A DNA stretch of 41,402 bases from contig JALJEE010001509.1 in assembly GCA_023231475.1 (NCBI GenBank), forward strand, positions 1 to 41,402. Reading direction: 5' to 3'. The notes below the pieces were generated by a model that saw only the letters and a list, made by a program, of their open reading frames with translations, did no database searches and was not told the origin of the DNA. Below, piece by piece: positions 35,051 through 41,402 of this stretch. The DNA is from Seison nebaliae. Lineage: Eukaryota. The stretch's first letter is position 1, and each line of letters starts with the position of its first letter. The position numbers and the translations under genes were made by a program.

Positions 35051-36331
35051 CTAGAGTTGTATGGTATACAAGTAAATATTAAAGAATCAAACAAAGTAAA
35101 TATAGTCCTTCTATATAGCTCTTCTATTATTTCATGTGATGTACAAGTTATCATTTGATGAAAAAACATTTGTAAACATTCCAAAATGTTTATGATGACG
35201 AACCAAATATATTATTTTCATGAAATGAGTAGCTTCTATTATTATTTCAGTCATGTGTTGAATTAATATTTCTTTTGTAGAATATAAATGTACACTATTT
35301 ATTACTTACAAATTATTACTTTTCTTTACCATGATTTGTCTCCTGAATTTACTCAAACGAATTAGATGATATAATTATATTTATTAGTTCTTGGTACGAA
35401 TGATGTTCATAATTATTCATGAAACCGACTTATAATTGGAGTTGAATTGAATTCTTACATATAGAAATAAACTTCAGTGTAATAAAATTTTCACAATTTT
35501 AATAACTTTATTTCTTTTTTCTTTCTTTAACTTTATAAAAGGTTAACCAAATTTGTGCACCTACATAAAATCGTACGCGTTTGATTTTTTAAAAGGGAGT
35601 CCACTCACTTAATATTTCCTTGTTGCCGAAATGAAAATAATGGATAAACTTTACTACTTTAAGAAATTTATGGTGACCGAAAATAGGTGGAGATAATCCT
35701 TTCGAAGACTTGTCCCTTACATGCGCTAATCGTCTGTTCTCGTACGTAGGCTATGAGCCGCACTAAAGGTATACTAGCCACTTAAACGAATCGGAACCGA
35801 GCTTCGTGCGGTATTGTGCTAAGTAGTCGTAGTTATTCCTGTTGTTTACTAGTTCATGATAATCTTTCAATCAATTAACATTCATAGCACTGAGGAGAAT
35901 TTCATGTAAAAAGAAGAAAAGAAAAATATACGTTGATTTGAATTGTTTTAAGAAAAATAATTCAAAACTATATTTTAATACTTTTCCTGAAACATATCAT
36001 TATACTATTTAAAGCGATTTCGAACTGTTGGGCGAGTTGGATTTGAATTTTCAAATTGTTGATTGTATATTTGTATCGATTGTACGTACAATACCGTACT
36101 TATTTCTTTAACATGGATAATAGTAACCAGTGCTAGCTTATCACTGATCATCCGTAAATGGAAAAATTGAGATTGAGAAAAACGAATGAAGCAGATCAGA
36201 TTTACCAGATTTTTAAGCGTAGTACTTTGGTTTCCATGACAACTAATGTGATCGGGAAACTTATCAACAATTTTTTTCATTTGCGGTAACTGAAATTAAC
36301 TAAATTTTCCAATTGATTAATTCTCATAAAT

Positions 36332-37481
36332 ATGACGGAAAACGAAGAGATTTTAGATTCGTTAAATAATGATTCGATGAATTCATCAACAATGGATAAA
36401 TCATCCACCAATTTCCTCGAAGATCGCATTGATTCACAAGCAACTGTTATTGCCATAATGAAACAGAGGAATGATCATTTAATTGTTAATTATTTTATTT
36501 AGCAAACGAATAAAGAAGATGTTGTTTAATTAGATTAACAATAAGAATTATGAGGAAAAGATAGATAAATTGGAGAATGAATTGAAGTTCGTAGGAAATG
36601 AAAGAGAACGATTATCGAAAGAAAATATGAAGCAAAAAAATGAATTTCTTTTGTTATCTCAAAATCATGAATTATTATTAGATCTACTAGTTATTTAACA
36701 TTTCCACTATTTATCTCTTTGTTTAATACGTATTAGTCTAATCAAAAAACTGATAAAGAAACTTTAGAGAATGGAAAGAAATTGATGGAAACAAATGAAT
36801 CGTTAGAGAAATTGATTGAAGAAATGAAGCAACAAAATTTGACATTGAATGAAAAACTAAAGTTACTTCCTTGTTTAATTGAAACATTCTTTATTTTAAT
36901 TCAGATCAATAGAAACTGATTTTTCAATATCGAAAACTGAACTAAATGATAAAATTGAACGATTATCATTATTAGAGAAACATTCAAATTCGATGGAAGA
37001 TATAATAAAAAATAATGAGAAAGTACTTCTCCAATTGCAACAATGCTACGATAGAGAATTGACAATGAAATCTCAAATAGAAAAAGAATTTCAGGTGTGT
37101 TTTTCTTTAAATTAATTTTTAATCTTATAAAAATTCCTATTTTTCTTATTTGAATAAATCGAATAGGAGTTAAAGAAGAACATGAACAATAGTAATGAAG
37201 AAGTGTCGATGTTGAAGAAAAATGTAATCGAGAAATCGGAAGAGATAAAACTATTAAAGAAAGATAAAGAAAATTTGTTAGTTGAATTGAAACGAAAAAA
37301 GGAGGAGAATAGTCAAAAAACTTACTCCTCAAATTTCACCAAATTGCAATTAGAGAACGAGTCACTACAAGAACGTATAAGTACTCTCAATCGTGAATTC
37401 GAAATATTTCGCAAACACATGCAAAATGAAGTGAGAAAAGAAAGACAACTCTCTCAGAAACTAAGTCAGTTGACTACATAA
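36332..37481 (+). CDS. CCDC89: CCDC89-like coiled-coil protein, 5 exons
   Basis: DRIDSQATVIAIMKQRND, FLLLSQNHELLL and EFEIFRKHMQNEVRKERQLSQKL resemble CCDC89 blocks as I recall them; four short introns give a continuous frame. Confidence 0.65.
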
Positions 37482-37589
37482 AAACTGACAAAAACTATTA
37501 TCTTCATTCGCTACATTTCTTTGCATTTTCTGTAAATATTTTGATAATATTTAAATATTGTTAATTTATTCATTTTTTTTTTCAATAAT

Positions 37590-39325
37590 TTTTGTTTTAT
37601 TTATTATAAAATCAAATCTCCTCGGGGTAAATTAAAAAGAAAATAAGATAACTGGCTGTACACATTATCCGTAATAAGTTTTCTTCCCATTTCGATTTAA
37701 TCTCGTAAATAAGTCGGAATAAGAGATGTAATATCAAAATTGGAGATGATACGAAGCGCTTCATCTAATGAATGAGGAACTTCAAAAGAATAATAACAAA
37801 AGAAATCAATCGGATTAAAGAAATTATCACAATCTGTATACGATGAAGAACATAATTTAGATTCTTTAATGGAAAGAATTATATTCAAATACCGTTGAGC
37901 AATAAGAGGAAAAGGTTTCAGTCCGCAGATAGAGAACATAAATGCCCTGTTAAACGGCTTACCGCAACCAAGAAGCATTCTAATTGTTCTATTATATGTC
38001 CGGTCAAGACACAACAACAACTTCTAAGTATTAGACAAGGAAACAGCAAGTCCATAAAAATCACAACAATACGTGACGAATAACTTTAGTTTTAATTGAA
38101 TCGAAAAAAATTTGCAACGATGATAGAACGAGTAGAAGGTTCTGAGGAACTTGCATCTAATTTCATCAGTTGTGACAGAACTCTTCTTTCTGTTATAAAT
38201 TTTAATTCCCAACAAACATACATTCTTCTCAACTGGAGGATGATCATACCAGACGAACATCTACCTTTTCCATTCACGCTGTAGCTGGAGAAAAAAAAAT
38301 GAAATGCGAATTAATATCAGTAAAGGAGAACGGTAGAGACAATAGCCAAGTCTCCTGAAGAAAAATTACGTCAAATCGAAGAAGTTCGTAGATATCTGTT
38401 ATGAAACCGTTGGGTCCATGACAATTGAAGGAGACCTATAGAAATATTACGAGACCTGTCAATACTAATTTCATCTGGACGGATTGGAAGTCATAACATA
38501 GAAGTGTCCATTTCATTCTCACCATTATTCGTTTTCGAGGGAAGGATTGTTCCATTATTATTCATGAATTGTTGGTTCCACTAATCACATCGTTCACCAA
38601 GAAAGGAATTGGTGGATTTCGAGAAGAATTCTCGAACAAATGTGTTGATCGGCCAATTTGCAGGGTTGAAAAAAGTTTCGGCATTCTTTTCATCAAATTT
38701 GACGATGAAACGTTTTGTGGAACTTTCGGAATCATCCATTTGCTCACGTCGAAGTCTCCATAAATCGACGAAAGATTCAAATCAGTATTATGAACGACAT
38801 TTTTAATGATGACGGCCTTTGTCCGAACGAACGGTTTTCGTTCCCTCTTTTCGTTCCGTTTTCGAGAAGAAAGAGGTCGTAGAGCGGTGAGATTTGGCCT
38901 TCATAGAATGTAACCCATTATTATTTTTATGTTTAGTTATTTCTACTTTCTTCATTTTTTGTTTATTCGTTTTTTTCTTCGAAGACTGGTTAGTGGGAAC
39001 AGCTTCGATGGAATTGACCAAGGTATATAAAGAGGCATACGTCTTCTTGTTGTTTGGTGTATTAATAAGTGCGGACGAAATTGTCTTGAATTTAGATTTT
39101 ACATTTATTCCCCCACTATTGTTCATAATCGACTTAACCATTTCGGTTAATCGGTGTTCTTCTGACAAATTAACCGTAATTTTGCAATTAATATAATATA
39201 ATTATTAATAAGTTTTTTTCCAATTTTGATTTCATCTCGTAAATAAGTCAGAACAAGAGAGGTAATCGAGAAGTGTAAATTGGAGTTATACGAAGAGCTT
39301 CTAATGAATGAGAAACTGAAGGTTT
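37590..39325 (-). mobile_element. LINE family B copy: ORF1 + EN start fused to post-RT C-terminus (EN/RT core deleted)
   Basis: ORF1 C-terminal motif TKRFIVKFDE..FFNPANWPINTFVREF (~38715-38625); EN start VSFNCHG...FDVIFLQETWL (~38435-38343) and GKGRCSSGMII; then directly NVCLLGIKI...YCCDFYG; 3' CCCCGAGGAG hairpin variant at ~37619-37628 and tail. Confidence 0.85.
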
Positions 39326-39449
39326 TCATTAACCGAAAAATGATTTTTTTAATAATTATAATCTTTTCGCATTATCTGAAAGAAATTTAATTTTTTCGGA
39401 TTGTATAATTGATCGATATATTTTCCAATTTTCTATTTTAAAATAGTAA

Positions 39450-40950
39450 AAATTCGATTGTCCTTTCTTTTCATTCCGGAGTGTTTCTATCAATTCCATT
39501 TAGTGTTGTTTCAGTTAATTGACTCTTCTTTTTTTCTTGGCTTCTAATGATATGCTTCGATAATTTGGAGACATTGTGAGTCTAATATGCCAATCCTTGA
39601 TGTAACACCAATGAATATTCCAAATTATTGAAAACTTATTATACTGATAAATAAAAGATTATTTAAAAATTATTAAAGTAATTGCTAACATTCTTTTATT
39701 TTTGAATATTTAGTGTACTATAATTTAATCTTGTTTAAATTCGGAACTCTAGTCTATTAACGATGGAATAATTCCGTTTATTAGATATATGTTGTTTCCA
39801 ATACAATTGTATAATTCTTCTAAATAAGTTATATTCATAAATTTGAATTAAACACAGCGCAAATGATCAAATAATATTTCAATTCTTTGTTCCAAGTTGT
39901 TCTATGCTTATTGGACCTTCTATAAACTATTTAAATTGTACCTTTATATGTTCTATTAAGACTCACTCTTTGGTTCATTTGTTACTTTTCTCCTCTTTCT
40001 TTTTCATATTGTGTTTTTGAGATCTCCAGTTCCAGAATATTTTCCGTCCAGATGATCACACATAATTGAGAATATGATTGAATTGAAATAATTTTTATTA
40101 ACAGTATAAAAAACCCTTTATATACTTGTAAATCTTCTCACAATAAATTAAATATAATATTCCTTCAGTTTCCATTTTATTGACACATTGATTCTTTCCC
40201 CAAGGAAACTGATTAAGGAAACCCTCTTTAACTGATTGCTTGAGAATTGTGCAACATATGTGTTGCTCTATTTATTGTTAACCTTAATCGATTTCTTCAC
40301 TGATCTCCAAAATTTGCTGGTCTTTTCATACTCTTCATCAATTCTCCAACATTAGAAGATTGTTCTTCATACATAAGAATTTTTGTTTCTTGAACAAGAT
40401 TGTATCCACCCTTATATAAATATACTATGCTATCTTTCTGGAGGAATATCTTCTTCTTTCCAAAGTCTCAGAATTATAAAAATTCATTTTTTAGAGATGA
40501 AATATGTATGTGTATGAATCTCTATATCTATATTGGACATGAAGAATTGGAATAGAAGATTGATTTCAATTCCAATAAGGTATAGTAATATCTTTCCCAC
40601 ATGAGCTGATTGTATTCAAAAAGAAAAAGATACGACACAACTTCTTCCAACTCAGTTAAGCCTAATGATGAAATAAATATTATGAAATTTCAAATAACTA
40701 AAAACTTGTTAAATAGAATTATTTGGTGAATTGTAATTTTAAAAATCGAACAAGTGAATCGTTCAGTTCTAAGCTTCATCCACAAACAGTTGAATATTCT
40801 GTTCAGCTGGAAAATAAAATAAAATCATAAGACTAGCAAGAACATTCAAAGGAAACAAATTTATTTTAATCAAACCAGAAATGGAATATTCTCACAATTG
40901 TCAGTTATTTGAAACTGTAAAAATAGAGACACAATTTTAGATTTTAGTTA
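39450..40950 (-). pseudogene. Possible decayed multi-exon gene
   Basis: Exon-like purine-rich patches alternate with AT-rich intron-like gaps; no long ORF and no family recognised. Confidence 0.25.
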
Positions 40951-41402
40951 TTGAACTGAAGCGCATTTTTCGTTCACAATTTTAAAACTATATCGACATT
41001 TTTGTGCGCTATTCAAAAATTAAAAAAAATTAATTGAATCTAAACTTTCTAAATCAGCATCTTTCAGAACTTATACTCTTTTATACAGATCAATACAATT
41101 GAACCCTTTCGACACTACAATAATAACAATTCAAATATTTTTTGGGGTGATATCCTATTAAAAATATATCAGGAAAATCCGGATCTAATTTCCCATTTAT
41201 ATATTAATATCAATCTCAATTAATAGTTCTCATTCTAATTAATTAATTCATTTCCATAAAGATAGATAAAAGAAAAATTATTGTAAAATTTATTTCATTA
41301 AAAATTGGATAATTCCCAATAAATTGAAGAAAAGAAGAAAATGGAAAGAATTATTTTTAATTTGAGTTTCAAATAGATCAACTTTGCTCTAAAGAAATTA
41401 TT

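Noticed and set aside
35050..35470. Possible GPCR pseudogene fragment on the minus strand (IFTLFDSLIFTCIPY)
   Set aside because: Only one TM-like patch among many stops; not supportable without an HMM search.
35715..35760. rRNA or NUMT-like sequence (GTACGAGA on the minus strand resembles the sarcin-ricin loop)
   Set aside because: The match is only about 8 nt and the flanks do not fit rRNA.

Overview
Eukaryotic, AT-rich, compact animal genomic DNA with short GT-AG introns (mostly 40-60 nt). An ionotropic-receptor gene points to a protostome; a small-genome spiralian is a guess I cannot confirm. About 2.7-24 kb is gene-dense: cytosolic AspRS, a divergent IR/iGluR, an atypical Rho/Rnd-like GTPase, a very long PLD3/4/5-like pseudoenzyme, an SRSF7-like SR protein, CCDC28, an alpha-prefoldin, ATG8/GABARAPL2, a small membrane protein and SCAF4/8. 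About 24-41 kb is accessory: an antistasin-domain secreted protein, an Asn-rich repeat protein, CCDC89-like, decayed genes, a DNA-transposon-like element with inverted motif arrays, and APE-type LINE copies. Six LINE copies or remnants across the window end in a CCC-NNN-GGG hairpin plus a (TAA)-rich tail. Most notable: (1) about 27 of 30 reconstructed intron donors are GTT and none is GTRAG; (2) a LINE whose 5' end repeats its own 3' subterminal region and which has lost the EN/RT core; (3) a candidate poison exon in the SRSF7-like gene; (4) two adjacent pseudoenzymes; (5) an orphan Asn-rich repeat protein. All gene models were reconstructed by eye; no database search was run.
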